In this document: piece by piece, positions 1 through 10,911 of the stretch
Numbering within the stretch: position 1 is the first letter of the stretch
Layout: each line of letters starts with the position of its first letter
NCBI GenBank assembly: GCA_965205505.1
Contig: CBDBHB010000008.1
Coordinates: 192,001-256,000, forward strand
Source of the DNA: Acidobacteriota bacterium
Lineage (GTDB): Bacteria; Acidobacteriota; UBA890; WLXD01
Direction: 5' to 3'
Length of the DNA stretch: 64,000 nt
The notes under the pieces: model-generated
The model's database searches: none
What the model saw: only the letters and a program-made list of their open reading frames with translations
What the model was told of the DNA's origin: nothing
Program-made: the position numbers and the translations under genes

Positions 1-436
1 GATCGTGGGCTCCGGTCCGGAGGTTGAGCCCCTGCGCCAGCTCGCAGGTCCGACGGTGCGCCTGGCGGGGCGCGTCAGCGACGCCGAGTTGGTGGACCTG
101 TACCGCCGCTGCCGGGGCTTCGTGCTTCCCGGTATCGAGGATGCGGGTATCGCGCCGCTCGAGGCGATGGCGAGCGGGCGTCCGGCGCTGGTGTTGGCGA
201 CCGGCGGTGCCATGGAGACCGTGTTGCCTGGAGTCACGGGCCTGCACATTCCGCAGTCAACACCCGAGGCCCTTGTCGACGTTGTTGACAAGTGCGAAGA
301 GCTCACCTTCAATGCAGATGTCATACGTGCTCACGCAGAGAACTACTCCCTCGACGTGTTCGACCGGCGGATCGTCGGCTTCATCGAGCGCGCCCTCGAC
401 AGCACGCGGCCCGCCTGCAATTCGAACATCTCATGA
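1..436 (+). CDS. GT4-family glycosyltransferase, C-terminal part (5' truncated by window edge)
   Basis: EDAGIAPLEAMASGRP matches the E-x7-E GT-B/GT4 motif; lies upstream of a priming sugar transferase. Confidence 0.85.
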   Translation, partial: IVGSGPEVEPLRQLAGPTVRLAGRVSDAELVDLYRRCRGFVLPGIEDAGIAPLEAMASGRPALVLATGGAMETVLPGVTGLHIPQSTPEALVDVVDKCEELTFNADVIRAHAENYSLDVFDRRIVGFIERALDSTRPACNSNIS

Positions 437-464
437 TCCTGCTAGCTGACGGGGAGCGACGCTG

Positions 465-1931
465 GTGATCAACCGACACCGAGTCACGATCGCGATCACG
501 TTGCTGGTGGCCGACGTCGCCGCGATTAGTGGCGCCTTCTTGTTCGCATACTGGTTACGGTTCGAGTTTCAGATTCTGCCGGCCAGCGATCTGCCCGGCG
601 ACATCCCGACGTTGGTAAGTTACCTTCGGGTGCTCGTCGCGGCGCTGATCATCCTGCCGCTGTCGCTGTCGTCGACCGCCCTGTACCGAATCCGACGAGC
701 GGATTCGCGCACCGAGACCTACTTCCGTACCGCTGGCGCGGTGATGTTCGGAATGATCCTGGTGGCAGCGTTCGTGTCGCTGTTCTTTCGACCCACCCAA
801 TGGGTCCCGGTGGTTGTCGGAACCGACACGGCGCTCATGCGGGTGCAAGAGTGGAACGTTTCTCGCCTGTTCCTGTTCATCTTCTCGAGCCTGGTCATGG
901 TGCTGACCGTAGGGACTCGGATGAGCCTGCAGGCCTGGGTGGATCACCTGCGCCGGTCTGGACGCAACATTCGGCGCATTCTCATCGCCGGCAGCGGCGA
1001 GTTGGCCCATAGCGTTATCGACCGCATACGGCTGCACGAGGAATTCGGTTTCGAGGTGATCGGCATGGTTACGGACGAGGCCGAGGCCGACGGCTACCGC
1101 GGTGTTCCCCTCGTCGGAGCCCTGAGCGACGTGCCCGGCCTGGTTCGTGACCAGGGTGTGCACCAGCTCTACATCGCGCTGCCGATGTCGTCCGACGAGC
1201 GGATACTGGACGTGTGGCGGAGCGTCGCCAATGAGATTGTCGAGGTGAAGGTCGTGCCCGACCTGCTGCAGTACCTGACGCTCGGTGCCTGCCTGGAGGA
1301 TCTCGACGGGGTGCCGATCGTCAACCTGTCGCGGATCCACATGGAAGGATTCGCTGCAATGCTGAAACGAGCCTCCGACATCGTCGTGTCGGCTGCCTGC
1401 TTGGCGCTTTTCGCCCCACTGTTTCCGCTTATCGCGCTGGCTGTCAAGATCACGTCACCCGGGCCGATTCTCTATCGGCAGCAACGCATGGGCCTCGATG
1501 GCCGCGCCTTCGAGATCCTCAAGTTCCGCTCGATGAGCGTTGATGCGGAGAAACACACAGGACCTGTGTGGGCCAACGAGCAGGATACGCGCTGTACGTC
1601 GATCGGTGCGTTGCTGCGCAAGCTCAGCCTCGACGAGCTGCCGCAGTTCTGGAACATCTTGCGCGGCGATATGAGCCTGGTCGGACCCCGCCCGGAACGT
1701 CCTTATTTCGTCCAGGAGTTTCGCCATCGGATCCCGCACTACATGCTCCGCCACCGGGTCCGCGCCGGGCTGACAGGCTGGGCACAGGTGCACGGCTGGC
1801 GCGGCAGGACATCGCTCGAGAAGCGCCTCGAGTACGACCTCTACTACGTCGAGAACTGGTCGCTGTCACTCGACCTGAAGATCCTTTGGATGACGGTGGC
1901 CAACGGCATGGCGCACGAGCACGCCTACTAA
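465..1931 (+). CDS. Undecaprenyl-phosphate glucose phosphotransferase (WcaJ/GumD-like priming glycosyltransferase)
   Basis: N-terminal TM helices, Rossmann-like middle domain, C-terminal KFRSM...DELPQF...MSLVGPRPE...GLTGWAQV motifs. Confidence 0.92.
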   Translation: MINRHRVTIAITLLVADVAAISGAFLFAYWLRFEFQILPASDLPGDIPTLVSYLRVLVAALIILPLSLSSTALYRIRRADSRTETYFRTAGAVMFGMILVAAFVSLFFRPTQWVPVVVGTDTALMRVQEWNVSRLFLFIFSSLVMVLTVGTRMSLQAWVDHLRRSGRNIRRILIAGSGELAHSVIDRIRLHEEFGFEVIGMVTDEAEADGYRGVPLVGALSDVPGLVRDQGVHQLYIALPMSSDERILDVWRSVANEIVEVKVVPDLLQYLTLGACLEDLDGVPIVNLSRIHMEGFAAMLKRASDIVVSAACLALFAPLFPLIALAVKITSPGPILYRQQRMGLDGRAFEILKFRSMSVDAEKHTGPVWANEQDTRCTSIGALLRKLSLDELPQFWNILRGDMSLVGPRPERPYFVQEFRHRIPHYMLRHRVRAGLTGWAQVHGWRGRTSLEKRLEYDLYYVENWSLSLDLKILWMTVANGMAHEHAY

Positions 1932-1932
1932 C

Positions 1933-2886
1933 ATGAGCGTCAAGAAGACGGTCCTGATTACCGGTGGTGCGGGGTTCATCGGCTCTCACCTCGCCGAGAG
2001 TCTCCTCGACGACGATCATCGCGTGATCGTCATGGATAATCTGCTCACTGGCTCGACGGCGAACGTAGCGCGCTTCGCGAATCGCGACTTCCTGTTCATC
2101 GAACACGACGTTACCAACTACGTGTTTGTGGACGAGCCGCTTGACTACGTGCTCCACTTTGCCTCCCCCGCGTCACCTGCCGACTACCTCAAGTATCCGA
2201 TTCACACGCTCAAGGTCGGCGCGCTGGGCACCCACAAGGCCCTCGGGCTGGCGCGCAACAAGGCGGCGCGCTTCATGCTCGCATCGACCTCCGAGGTATA
2301 CGGCGACCCGCAGGTCAACCCACAGCCGGAGACCTACTGGGGCCACGTGAACCCGATCGGGCCACGCGGCGTGTACGACGAGGCCAAACGGTTCGCCGAG
2401 GCCCTTACCATGGCATACCACCGCAGCCACGGGCTCGAGACCCGGATCGCCCGTATCTTCAACACCTACGGTCCGCACATGCGCATCGACGACGGGCGCG
2501 CAGTGCCGAATTTCATCATGCAAGCACTCTCGGGCAACGACCTCACGGTGTACGGCGACGGCGGCCAAACGCGCTCGTTTTGCTATGTCGACGACACCGT
2601 ACGCGGCCTGCTCACGCTATTGCGTTCCGACGCCAACACCCCCGTGAACATCGGTAATCCAAACGAGGTAACCATCCTGCAAGTTGCCGACCTGGTGATC
2701 GAGTTGTGTGACGGCGACAGTCAGATCGTCTTCGAAGAGCTACCGGTGGATGATCCCAAGGTGCGCCGGCCGGACGTGACGCGTATCTCCGGCGAGCTCG
2801 GCTGGGTGCCGGAGATTGACCTCCGCAACGGGCTGGAACGCACGCTGCCCTGGTTCCGCGCGCAACTGCGCGCGGCTACTCGCTGA
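1933..2886 (+). CDS. UDP-glucuronic acid decarboxylase family (extended SDR)
   Basis: [38 protein letters not shown]. Confidence 0.9.
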   Translation: MSVKKTVLITGGAGFIGSHLAESLLDDDHRVIVMDNLLTGSTANVARFANRDFLFIEHDVTNYVFVDEPLDYVLHFASPASPADYLKYPIHTLKVGALGTHKALGLARNKAARFMLASTSEVYGDPQVNPQPETYWGHVNPIGPRGVYDEAKRFAEALTMAYHRSHGLETRIARIFNTYGPHMRIDDGRAVPNFIMQALSGNDLTVYGDGGQTRSFCYVDDTVRGLLTLLRSDANTPVNIGNPNEVTILQVADLVIELCDGDSQIVFEELPVDDPKVRRPDVTRISGELGWVPEIDLRNGLERTLPWFRAQLRAATR

Positions 2887-2953
2887 GTCGGCGCCGCGGC
2901 GACCGGCGACCCAGACCGCGCCTTGCGCAACTACTGCAGACAGCCGATCGTAG

Positions 2954-4069
2954 CTAATCCGCGAGTGCCGCGAGCAGGGCTTCGTCGGTAACTTCTACCG
3001 CCCAGTTACCATCACGCTCGGCCATGCGGCCGATGTCTTCGGCGAGCGCACAGCGCAGCACACCGCGCCTCGACTTCTTATCGTGGCGGGCCGCGACGAG
3101 CACGTCGGCGGGCGCGCTGCCCGCCGGTAGCGCCACCGGAAGACCGGCGCGCACGCACAGGGAGCCGATACGCTCGGCAAGGCCGGCGGTGGCTCCTACG
3201 ACTTTTTCGGCGAGCCTCGCTTCCGCCACCATTCCGATGGCCACGGCCTCGCCGTGCCGCATCGAGTAGCCCTGCGACGACTCCACACCGTGGGCGACCG
3301 TATGGCCGAAATTCAAGATCTGGCGCCGGTTGCCTTCGCGCTCATCGGCAACCACAACCGCTGCCTTGAGGCGTACGCAGCGCTCTACGATGAGCGCGAG
3401 CGCCTCCGGAACCTTGGCGAGGCACGATTCAAGCAGGCCGTCTTCGAGATCGACAAAGAGCTGCGCATCGAGGATGACACCGTACTTGATGACCTCACCT
3501 AGCCCGGCCCGCAACTCCTCCTCAGGCAGTGTCTGCAGCAGGTCGATGTCGGCTAGCACCCGGCGAGGCTGCCAGAAGACGCCGATGAGATTCTTGCCGG
3601 CCTCGGTATCGACGCCGGTCTTGCCGCCGACGGAGCTATCGACCATAGCCAAGAGGGTGGTCGGAAACTGCACGTACGCAACGCCACGGTAGAGCGTCGC
3701 CGCGACGTAGCCGGCGATGTCGCCGACCACGCCCCCGCCGAACGCAAGCACCGCAGATTGTCGATCTGCGCCAGCCTCGATGGCGTCATCCTGCAGCGCT
3801 GCAGCCACCTCTCGGGTCTTGGAGCTCTCACCGCTCGGTACGCCAAGCTCGACGAAGCGGATTCCCGAGGCCGAGAGCGCGCCACGCAGCCGATCTCCGT
3901 GCAACCCGGCAACGACCTCGTCGGCAATCACGATGACCTGAGTTTCGCCCCCGAGCACCTCGCGCAGCTGCTCGCCAACTCCCGCCATCAGCTCACTACC
4001 GATGACGACGTCGTAGACGGGCGCGGCCTGACGCTCCAGCGCCACCGTAATACGTCGCTCGCCGCTCAT
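2954..4069 (-). CDS. aroB: 3-dehydroquinate synthase
   Basis: GGGVVGD, PTTLLAMVDSSVGGKTG, KNLIG, LNFGHT, HGEAV. Confidence 0.96.
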   Translation of the reverse strand: MSGERRITVALERQAAPVYDVVIGSELMAGVGEQLREVLGGETQVIVIADEVVAGLHGDRLRGALSASGIRFVELGVPSGESSKTREVAAALQDDAIEAGADRQSAVLAFGGGVVGDIAGYVAATLYRGVAYVQFPTTLLAMVDSSVGGKTGVDTEAGKNLIGVFWQPRRVLADIDLLQTLPEEELRAGLGEVIKYGVILDAQLFVDLEDGLLESCLAKVPEALALIVERCVRLKAAVVVADEREGNRRQILNFGHTVAHGVESSQGYSMRHGEAVAIGMVAEARLAEKVVGATAGLAERIGSLCVRAGLPVALPAGSAPADVLVAARHDKKSRRGVLRCALAEDIGRMAERDGNWAVEVTDEALLAALAD

Positions 4070-4782
4070 GCCTCGCCTGCCCGAGCAACACCAGAACGCA
4101 ACAGAGACTCCAGCAAGAGAACTTCGCTAGCGTCGAGCATCGGCACACGCGCCGTATCCGTGTCGACGACAATCGGCAGCTCTGTACACCCCAGGATCAG
4201 GAGCTCCGCACCGGCGGCGATGAGCTCCTCGATGGCGGGAGCTAGCCGCTCGCGCGCTCCAGCTCCGCCGCCCTTCACGGCGCGAATCGCCGCCATCACA
4301 CCGGTCTGTGCTTCCGACTGCGGCCGCAGCGCACGCAAGCCGCGCACCTCCAGCGCCCGATCGTACAGTCCTAGCTCAATCGTCCCGTTGGCCGCCAGCA
4401 CTCCGACAGAACCACCCGACGGCAATGCCGCTGCGGCGCGGGCGGCGGTCAGACCAATCATGTCGAGCACCTCGATCTGTACGGCATCCCGGATCGCGGC
4501 AAGGTAAGCATGCGCCGAGTTGCATGGAATGGCGATGAAGTCAGCGCCGCCGCGCTCCAACGCGCGGCTCGCGATTTGAAGCGCCGCAGTCGGATCGGGT
4601 CCCTTGCCGGTGAGGTGCGCCGTGCGGTCGGGTACGTGGGTGGCGTTGTAGAGCAGGCACGGCGGGTGGTCCTGATCCCTTTCGGCGGCGACCCGATCCA
4701 CCAGCTGCTGGAAGAAGTGCGCGGTGGCCGCCGGCCCCATCCCCCCGAGAACACCGATAGTACGGAAGCCTGTATCACTCAC
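4066..4782 (-). CDS. Aspartate/glutamate racemase family protein
   Basis: IGVLGGMGPAAT, IPCNSAH, LGCTELP (two catalytic Cys); GTG start chosen just after the gcvPB stop. Confidence 0.88.
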   Translation of the reverse strand: MSDTGFRTIGVLGGMGPAATAHFFQQLVDRVAAERDQDHPPCLLYNATHVPDRTAHLTGKGPDPTAALQIASRALERGGADFIAIPCNSAHAYLAAIRDAVQIEVLDMIGLTAARAAAALPSGGSVGVLAANGTIELGLYDRALEVRGLRALRPQSEAQTGVMAAIRAVKGGGAGARERLAPAIEELIAAGAELLILGCTELPIVVDTDTARVPMLDASEVLLLESLLRSGVARAGEA

Positions 4783-4786
4783 GGGG

Positions 4787-6298
4787 TCAGGCGTCGTCGT
4801 TCTCGCCGGGATCATCGGATCGCGGTTTCCAGCTGAGTACGGGTCGTCGAGCCGCCTGCGTTTCGTCGAGTCGTCGGTGATAGGTCGTGTACGGTGCGCC
4901 CCTGACCAGCGCGGCGTCGTCGCGGGATTCGCGGGCAATCGCCAGCATGGCGTCGACGAACCCGTCGAGCTCCTGTAAGGACACCGTCTCGGTGGGCTCG
5001 ATCATCAACGCACCCGGGACCACGAGCGGAAAGTACACCGTCGGCGGATGGAAACCGTAGTCCATCAGTCGCTTGCAGATGTCCATCGCCGACACGCCGC
5101 GTTTCTTCTGACGGAGGTCGGAAAAGACCACCTCGTGCATGCAGGGACGATCATGCGGCAGTTCATACTCGCCCTTCAGCCGCTCCTTCACGTAGTTGGC
5201 CGCCAGTACGGCATCCTCGGCGATCTGCCGGAGGCCCTCCGCTCCGTGGGCACGGATGTAAGCGTATCCACGCACCATCATGGAGAAGTTGCCGTAGAAA
5301 CCGTGGATCTTCCCCATGCTGTCGGGGCGGTCGTCGTCGAGCCCATAGCTGCCGTCTTCGTCCCGAACTACCACGGGGCGCGGTCGGAAAGGCTCGAGAC
5401 GCTCCGACAGGGCCACCGGTCCGCATCCTGGCCCGCCGCCCCCGTGAGGCGTGGTGAACGTCTTGTGCATGTTGATATGGAAGACGTCGGCACCGAAATC
5501 ACCCGGCCGCGTCTTGCCGAGAATGGCGTTCAGATTGGCACCGTCACAGTAGATCAGGCCACCGGCGTCGTGAACGATATTGGCGATCTCGTCTATGCGA
5601 TCCTCGAACAAACCGAGCGTGTTCGGGTTGGTCAGCATGAGCGCCGCCGTGTTATCGCCCGCTGCCGCCCGCAGCGCGTCAAGATCGACCGTACCGCGCT
5701 CGTTGCTCGGTATCTCGACCGGTTTGAGTCCGCACAGACTCGCGGTCGCCGGGTTCGTACCGTGCGCCGAGTCCGGAATGAGCACCTCTTGCCGCCGTTC
5801 GCCGCGCTTGTGGTGATAGGCGGTGATCATCATGATCCCGGTTAGCTCACCTTGTGCACCGGCCGCCGGCTGCATCGAGAGATACGGTAACCCGGTGATT
5901 TCCGAGAGGATTCGTTCCAGGCGCCACATGAGCTCGAGCACGCCCTGCGAGGCGGCTTCGGGCATGTACGGATGGGCCTCGGCAAAGCCACGGAACCGTG
6001 CCACCCGCTCGTGCAACTTGGGGTTGTACTTCATCGTGCACGACCCCAACGGGTGCAGGCCGAGATCGATGCCGTAGTTGTGCTGGGAGATCCGCGTGAA
6101 GTGGCGTACCACATCCACTTCGGAGACCTCGGGAAACCCGCTTACCTCGCCTCGCACGAGGTCCGATCCCCACGCATCCTCCGCATCGACCTCTGGAACG
6201 TCAAGTAACGGTAGCGAGTAACCGACGCGGCCCCGGCCACCGCGCTCGAAAATAGGCGGCTCTTGCTTGAGCTGCCCCTGCCGGTCTGCCGACGACAT
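4787..6298 (-). CDS. gcvPB: Glycine dehydrogenase (decarboxylating) subunit 2
   Basis: PLGSCTMKYNP, SAHGTNPAT, HINMHKTFTTPHGGGGPG, FHPPTVYFP. Confidence 0.96.
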   Translation of the reverse strand: MSSADRQGQLKQEPPIFERGGRGRVGYSLPLLDVPEVDAEDAWGSDLVRGEVSGFPEVSEVDVVRHFTRISQHNYGIDLGLHPLGSCTMKYNPKLHERVARFRGFAEAHPYMPEAASQGVLELMWRLERILSEITGLPYLSMQPAAGAQGELTGIMMITAYHHKRGERRQEVLIPDSAHGTNPATASLCGLKPVEIPSNERGTVDLDALRAAAGDNTAALMLTNPNTLGLFEDRIDEIANIVHDAGGLIYCDGANLNAILGKTRPGDFGADVFHINMHKTFTTPHGGGGPGCGPVALSERLEPFRPRPVVVRDEDGSYGLDDDRPDSMGKIHGFYGNFSMMVRGYAYIRAHGAEGLRQIAEDAVLAANYVKERLKGEYELPHDRPCMHEVVFSDLRQKKRGVSAMDICKRLMDYGFHPPTVYFPLVVPGALMIEPTETVSLQELDGFVDAMLAIARESRDDAALVRGAPYTTYHRRLDETQAARRPVLSWKPRSDDPGENDDA

Positions 6299-6309
6299 CG
6301 TGTCGCGGC

Positions 6310-7707
6310 TCACGCCACCGCCTCCGCGAGCACGTCCGCCATCCGGTCGATTGCCTGCTTGCGGTGCACCTCCGTGACGCAGACCAACAGCTGATCTGCA
6401 CGCGACGCGTCGAAGCGGCCGAGCGCAACACCGGGAATCACGTCGCGCGGCAGACATCGATCTACCACGTCGGCAACATCGCCACCCACGCGCACAGCGA
6501 ACTCGTTGAAGTGTGGGCCGTCATATACCGTCCGCACGCCCCGCGCCGCAAGCGCCTGGCGCGCATACGTAGCCTTCGCCAGATTGGTGCGGGCGAGCTC
6601 GACGATTCCGTTGCGGCCCAAGCTGCACATGTGGATGCACGACGCGAGGGCACACAAAGCCTCGTTGGTGCAGATATTGGACGTCGCTCGGGCGCGGCGG
6701 ATGTGCTGTTCACGGGTCGACAAGGTGAGGACGTAGCCTCCCTTACCCTCCTCATCAGTAGTGCGCCCGGCCAGACGCCCCGGCAGATTGCGCTTGTCTC
6801 CGTCCCGGCAGGCCATGAAACCAACCAGGGGCCCACCGAAGTTCATGCCGTTGCCGAAGCTCTGCAACTCGCCCACAACCAGATCGGCGCCTGCCTGGGC
6901 GGGGGGTATCGCCAACCCGAAGGCGACGGGCTCGGTGGTGTTGACCACGAATTTGGCACCGGCTGCCGCCGCCTCCTCGCCAGCCACCCGTAGGTCTTCG
7001 ACGATGCCGAAGAAGTTCGGCTGTTGAAGCACGAGCGCGATCACGTCGTCGTCCACCTGATCTATGACCGTGCGGCCGTGCTCGTCCAGCGGCAGCACCT
7101 CGAACTGAATATCCTCGATGTATCTGGCATAGGTTCGCACCACCGCCGCGTACGCGGGGTGCAGACCTTCCGATATCAGCACCCGTCCACCACGACGTGC
7201 CAGCCGACGCGTCATGAGCACTGCCTCGGCGACGGCGCTGGCTCCGTCGTAGACCGATGCGTTGCACACGTCCATGCCGGTCAGCATGCACACCAGGCTC
7301 TGAAACTCGAAGATCGCCTGCAGCGTGCCCTGCCCTAGCTCGGGCTGGTAGGGCGTATAGGCGGTGAGGAACTCCTGGCGCTGAATCAACGCATCGACGT
7401 GACTAGGCACGAAGTGGGGATTGCAGCCGGCACCGAGAAAACTCGAGACGCGACGATCCGAGGCGTTGCCAGCTGCCAGCTGCTCGAGGTGATCGAGGAG
7501 CTCGATCTCCGACATCGCGGGCTCCAGCCCGAGCATCCCCTCGAAACGCGCCGCCGCCGGAATAGACGCGAACAACGCGTCGATATCGGCAACCTCGACG
7601 GCCGATAACATTGCTTTCCGGTCCGCGATACCGAGCGACAGGTAGCGGCCGCCGCCGCCAGTGTCGTTGCGTGCGGCGGCCGCTGAATTCGGCGCAGTGT
7701 CCACCAC
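6310..7707 (-). CDS. gcvPA: Glycine dehydrogenase (decarboxylating) subunit 1
   Basis: FLTAYTPYQPE, NASVYDG, TREQHIRR-ATSNICTN; the ORF-track extension to 7872 runs into a MITE and is discarded. Confidence 0.95.
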   Translation of the reverse strand: MVDTAPNSAAAARNDTGGGGRYLSLGIADRKAMLSAVEVADIDALFASIPAAARFEGMLGLEPAMSEIELLDHLEQLAAGNASDRRVSSFLGAGCNPHFVPSHVDALIQRQEFLTAYTPYQPELGQGTLQAIFEFQSLVCMLTGMDVCNASVYDGASAVAEAVLMTRRLARRGGRVLISEGLHPAYAAVVRTYARYIEDIQFEVLPLDEHGRTVIDQVDDDVIALVLQQPNFFGIVEDLRVAGEEAAAAGAKFVVNTTEPVAFGLAIPPAQAGADLVVGELQSFGNGMNFGGPLVGFMACRDGDKRNLPGRLAGRTTDEEGKGGYVLTLSTREQHIRRARATSNICTNEALCALASCIHMCSLGRNGIVELARTNLAKATYARQALAARGVRTVYDGPHFNEFAVRVGGDVADVVDRCLPRDVIPGVALGRFDASRADQLLVCVTEVHRKQAIDRMADVLAEAVA

Positions 7708-7708
7708 G

Positions 7709-7987
7709 CTAGTGTCCTTTAACAGAGGTTCGTTGCATATTGTGGCGCGCGCGACTGAGCTGAATCCAAGGCGACTCGACGACGGCGATGCTGAGCGTAT
7801 CGCAGAGGAGAGCCAACGCCGGAGGTGGCCAGTTCCACTGCCACCCGGAGGGCTGGGTCGATATGGGGGCAATCTCAGCGTTGCGATTCGTCGACGATTG
7901 GCACCGAATCGCCATCCTCATCGCGCCTTGAGCTTGCCCCCATCTCGACCCAGCAATATGCAACGAACCTCTGCTAAAGGACACTAG
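7709..7987. mobile_element. MITE family 1, copy A (279 bp, ~34-bp terminal inverted repeats, CTAG at both ends)
   Basis: CTAGTGTCCTTTAACAGAGGTTCGTTGCATATTG ... CAATATGCAACGAACCTCTGCTAAAGGACACTAG; the right CTAG contains the gcvH stop. Confidence 0.9.
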
Positions 7988-8367
7988 GCTTCTATGTGCT
8001 GTCGGTAATCGGCGCTGCTCATCAACGTATCGGCCAACGACGAATCATCGAGCTTGATCCGTATCATCCAGCCGGCGCCGTGCGGATCCTCGTTGACCAG
8101 CTCCGGGGTGTCGATCAACGCATCATTGACTTCGACGATCTCGCCGGCGACCGGCGCGTACAGATCAGACACCGCTTTGACTGACTCGATCGTGCCGAAA
8201 ACCGCGTCCTGGGCACAGGTCGTACCAAGCTCCGACAGCTCGACGAAGACGACATCGCCCAGCTCGTCCTGGGCATGGTGGGTGATCCCGACAGTGGCGA
8301 TACCATCGTCGACGGAGATCCACTCGTGCTCCGAGCTGTACTTGTACGTATCTGGATAGTCGGCCAT
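7984..8367 (-). CDS. gcvH: Glycine cleavage system H protein
   Basis: HEW, GITHHAQDELGDVVFV, lipoyl motif IESVKAVSDLYAP, DPHGAGW. Confidence 0.97.
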   Translation of the reverse strand: MADYPDTYKYSSEHEWISVDDGIATVGITHHAQDELGDVVFVELSELGTTCAQDAVFGTIESVKAVSDLYAPVAGEIVEVNDALIDTPELVNEDPHGAGWMIRIKLDDSSLADTLMSSADYRQHIEA

Positions 8368-8432
8368 GACCTTATCCTCTCAGCCAGCCGCCGGACGCGC
8401 CGGCAGCGTCGATCCCGCGTTTGCGAGCTGGT

Positions 8433-9530
8433 CTATCGTTGTCTGCGATAAAAGGGTGTCTTCACAACCGTGGCCGGTGTCGCTCGGCCGCGTATTTCTA
8501 CCGCCACCTCAGTGCCGGGGGCGGTGTAGTCGGCCTTGACACAGGCAAGCCCAATGCCTTTTCTCAGCGTCGGACTGAAGGTGCCGGAGGTCACCGTACC
8601 GATCGACCCTCCCCCCTCCTCGAGCACTTCGTAGCCGTGGCGCGGGATGCCTCTGCCCGGTATCTCCAGCCCCACGACGCGCTCCGCGGGCCCCGAGGCT
8701 CGCTGCTCAACCAGCGCCTGCCTGCCGATGAACTCGCCCTTGTGGGGTTTCACAACCCAGCCGATTCCCGCGTCGATCGGGGTGCGCGCGTCGTCCATAT
8801 CACTACCATAGAGCAGCATGCCGGCCTCGAGGCGAAGCGTGTCGCGCGCGCCGAGCCCGGCTGGCGCTATGCCATCCGCGGCCCCGGCATCCATCAGGCC
8901 GTCGGCAAGCGCCTCGGCGTGCTGCGGCGCTAGGTAGACCTCGAATCCGTCCTCACCGGTATAGCCGGTGCGCGAGATGATCGCGGGCGCCCCGCGATAC
9001 TCCGCAACTACGAAGCGATAGTACCGAATGGATGCCAAGTCCGCGTCGACGACTCGGGCCAGGATAGCCTCGCTCCGCGGTCCCTGGAGCGCCAACTGGG
9101 CCCAATCCGAACTCTCGTCGTCGACCACCACGTCGCCCTCAAGGTGGGCGCATATCCAATCGTAGTCCTTGTCCTTGGTGCCAGCATTGACGACGAGAAA
9201 GTAGTCGTCATCGGCGACCCGGTGGACTAGCAGATCGTCCACGATCCCGCCCGACTCACGCGTCATGGCGGTGTACTGGGCCTGGCCGATCTCCAAACTG
9301 GCGGCGTCGTTGGTGATCAGACGTTGTACGTTGGCGAGCGCTGCGCTTCCACGCAGTCGAATCTCGCCCATATGGCTGACGTCAAACAGCCCGGCTCGCT
9401 CGCGCACGGCGGTGTGCTCGTCGACCAGACCGCTGAATTGTACGGGCATATGCCAGCCGGCAAAGTCGACCATTCGGCCCCCCCGCCGTACGTGCCAAGC
9501 GTGCAGCGGTGTCGCTCGCGGCTCCGACAA
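8433..9530 (-). CDS. gcvT: Glycine cleavage aminomethyltransferase T
   Basis: FAGWHMPVQF, GLFDVSHMGE, SRTGYTGEDGFE, GLGARDTLRLEAG. Confidence 0.97.
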   Translation of the reverse strand: MSEPRATPLHAWHVRRGGRMVDFAGWHMPVQFSGLVDEHTAVRERAGLFDVSHMGEIRLRGSAALANVQRLITNDAASLEIGQAQYTAMTRESGGIVDDLLVHRVADDDYFLVVNAGTKDKDYDWICAHLEGDVVVDDESSDWAQLALQGPRSEAILARVVDADLASIRYYRFVVAEYRGAPAIISRTGYTGEDGFEVYLAPQHAEALADGLMDAGAADGIAPAGLGARDTLRLEAGMLLYGSDMDDARTPIDAGIGWVVKPHKGEFIGRQALVEQRASGPAERVVGLEIPGRGIPRHGYEVLEEGGGSIGTVTSGTFSPTLRKGIGLACVKADYTAPGTEVAVEIRGRATPATVVKTPFYRRQR

Positions 9531-9681
9531 TAGACGTTCCTTGCTACTCGGAAGGAGGGCTTCGAGCGCTACCAGGCACTAGCGCAGCTTTTGAAGCTAC
9601 CATAGCAGGCAGCCTACGGTCTTCTGCCCGCTGCCAACGCTGGCGACTGGACTGCAGGACTCACACCGACACAGGAACCGC

Positions 9682-10278
9682 CTACCAACGGCGATGCCAG
9701 ACGCCGTCGGCGTGACGGCGGCGCCAGAGCGAGAAACGGGCCGTGGCACCGTAGACCCGAATTGCGACGGCGTCGCCGAATCGGTTACGCAGGTAGAGGC
9801 TGCCGGACGTGGCCGTGCCATCGGCCGACAGTGACAGCAGATCGCCCCGGCCGAATGCAACGCCGTCTGTAGGCGGCGTGCCGCCAGTAGGGGTCCGCAC
9901 GCCCGGCGGCAGCCCCGCCGTCACTCCCGGGTAATTTCTGCTCACGCTGCGCGGCGGGCCGAGCGCCACATCACGCCCAGCCCGCAAATCGGCACGCCGC
10001 AGCCCGTCTCCATCCCCATCGGCGACCGGCGTCCAGACGATCTCCCCGGCCCTCGAATCTATGGCGATGCCACGCGAAGCACCGGCCGCAGCCGCGGCCG
10101 TGCGTAAGCCCACGGCAAAGAGCACCAGCTCTTCCGCCGCCGCCTCCAACCTCCGCGCCTGACGCCAGCGCACAAACGCTGGCGCCACTGTCTGGACGAC
10201 GATTCCCAACACCGCCAGCACAACCACCACCTCGATGATTGAGCTGCCCGTGCTGCGGCAGGCGCGGTTGGAGCTCAC
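9682..10278 (-). CDS. Prepilin-type (GspH/FimT-like) pseudopilin
   Basis: Class III signal-like G-SSIIEVVVVLAVLGIV with E at +5; translationally coupled to comEA. Confidence 0.7.
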   Translation of the reverse strand: MSSNRACRSTGSSIIEVVVVLAVLGIVVQTVAPAFVRWRQARRLEAAAEELVLFAVGLRTAAAAAGASRGIAIDSRAGEIVWTPVADGDGDGLRRADLRAGRDVALGPPRSVSRNYPGVTAGLPPGVRTPTGGTPPTDGVAFGRGDLLSLSADGTATSGSLYLRNRFGDAVAIRVYGATARFSLWRRRHADGVWHRRW

Positions 10279-10643
10279 GCCCCTGAGTCGCCCCGAGCAT
10301 CGACGGTCACATAGGGACGCAGCTTTTCCAGTGTCGTCACCCCGATTCCGCGGATGTTCAACAGATCCTCGAGCCGCTCGAACGGCCCATGTTCCTTTCG
10401 CCAGTCGAGAATGCGACGCGCTGTCGCCAGACCGATTCCAGGAACCGTCTGCAGCTGCTCCTCATCGGCGCGGTTCACATCAACACGTGCCGTTGGAGCT
10501 TCCTGCTGCCAGGGAGCGTGTCTCCCAGCCTCCTGCTGTCGAGCTATCGACAGGTCAACTACCGCCGGCCGCTCGGCCACACTGAGCGCCGGCGCGGAAG
10601 CGACAATCACCAGCGCCACAGCTCCTACCAATCCGCAGATCAT
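10275..10643 (-). CDS. comEA: ComEA-like helix-hairpin-helix DNA-binding protein
   Basis: Signal/TM segment followed by VDVNRADEEQLQTVPGIG...GPFERLEDLLNIRGIG. Confidence 0.85.
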   Translation of the reverse strand: MICGLVGAVALVIVASAPALSVAERPAVVDLSIARQQEAGRHAPWQQEAPTARVDVNRADEEQLQTVPGIGLATARRILDWRKEHGPFERLEDLLNIRGIGVTTLEKLRPYVTVDARGDSGA

Positions 10644-10911
10644 GGTTCCCTCCGAGTTGCTGTTTGGCCTCTGTGGGCGCCGTGACCTCACCGCGCCCCG
10701 CTACCAGGAGACGGTCAACGATCCTCGGATTCTCGATCGGGGTGCGACCCCGCGACGGCGGCGCGGCGGGGCCCCGCGAGAGGTGTCCGGAGCCCATGAA
10801 GAAAGGTGATTTCGGCGTATCAGGCCACGTTTGCGTGCTTCCTGGGGGCGTGCTAGCTTGCCGTTCTTCCGCCTCCGGGACCTTTCTCCCGACAGTCCCG
10901 CCCACGAAAGC

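Noticed and set aside
9572-9612. CCAGGCACTAG and ATAGCAGGC as further MITE remnants
   Set aside because: The matches are too short and imperfect to distinguish from chance
9531-9681. Glycine riboswitch upstream of gcvT
   Set aside because: No GGAGA/CCGAAG/CUCUCAGG-type conserved elements are visible on the minus strand
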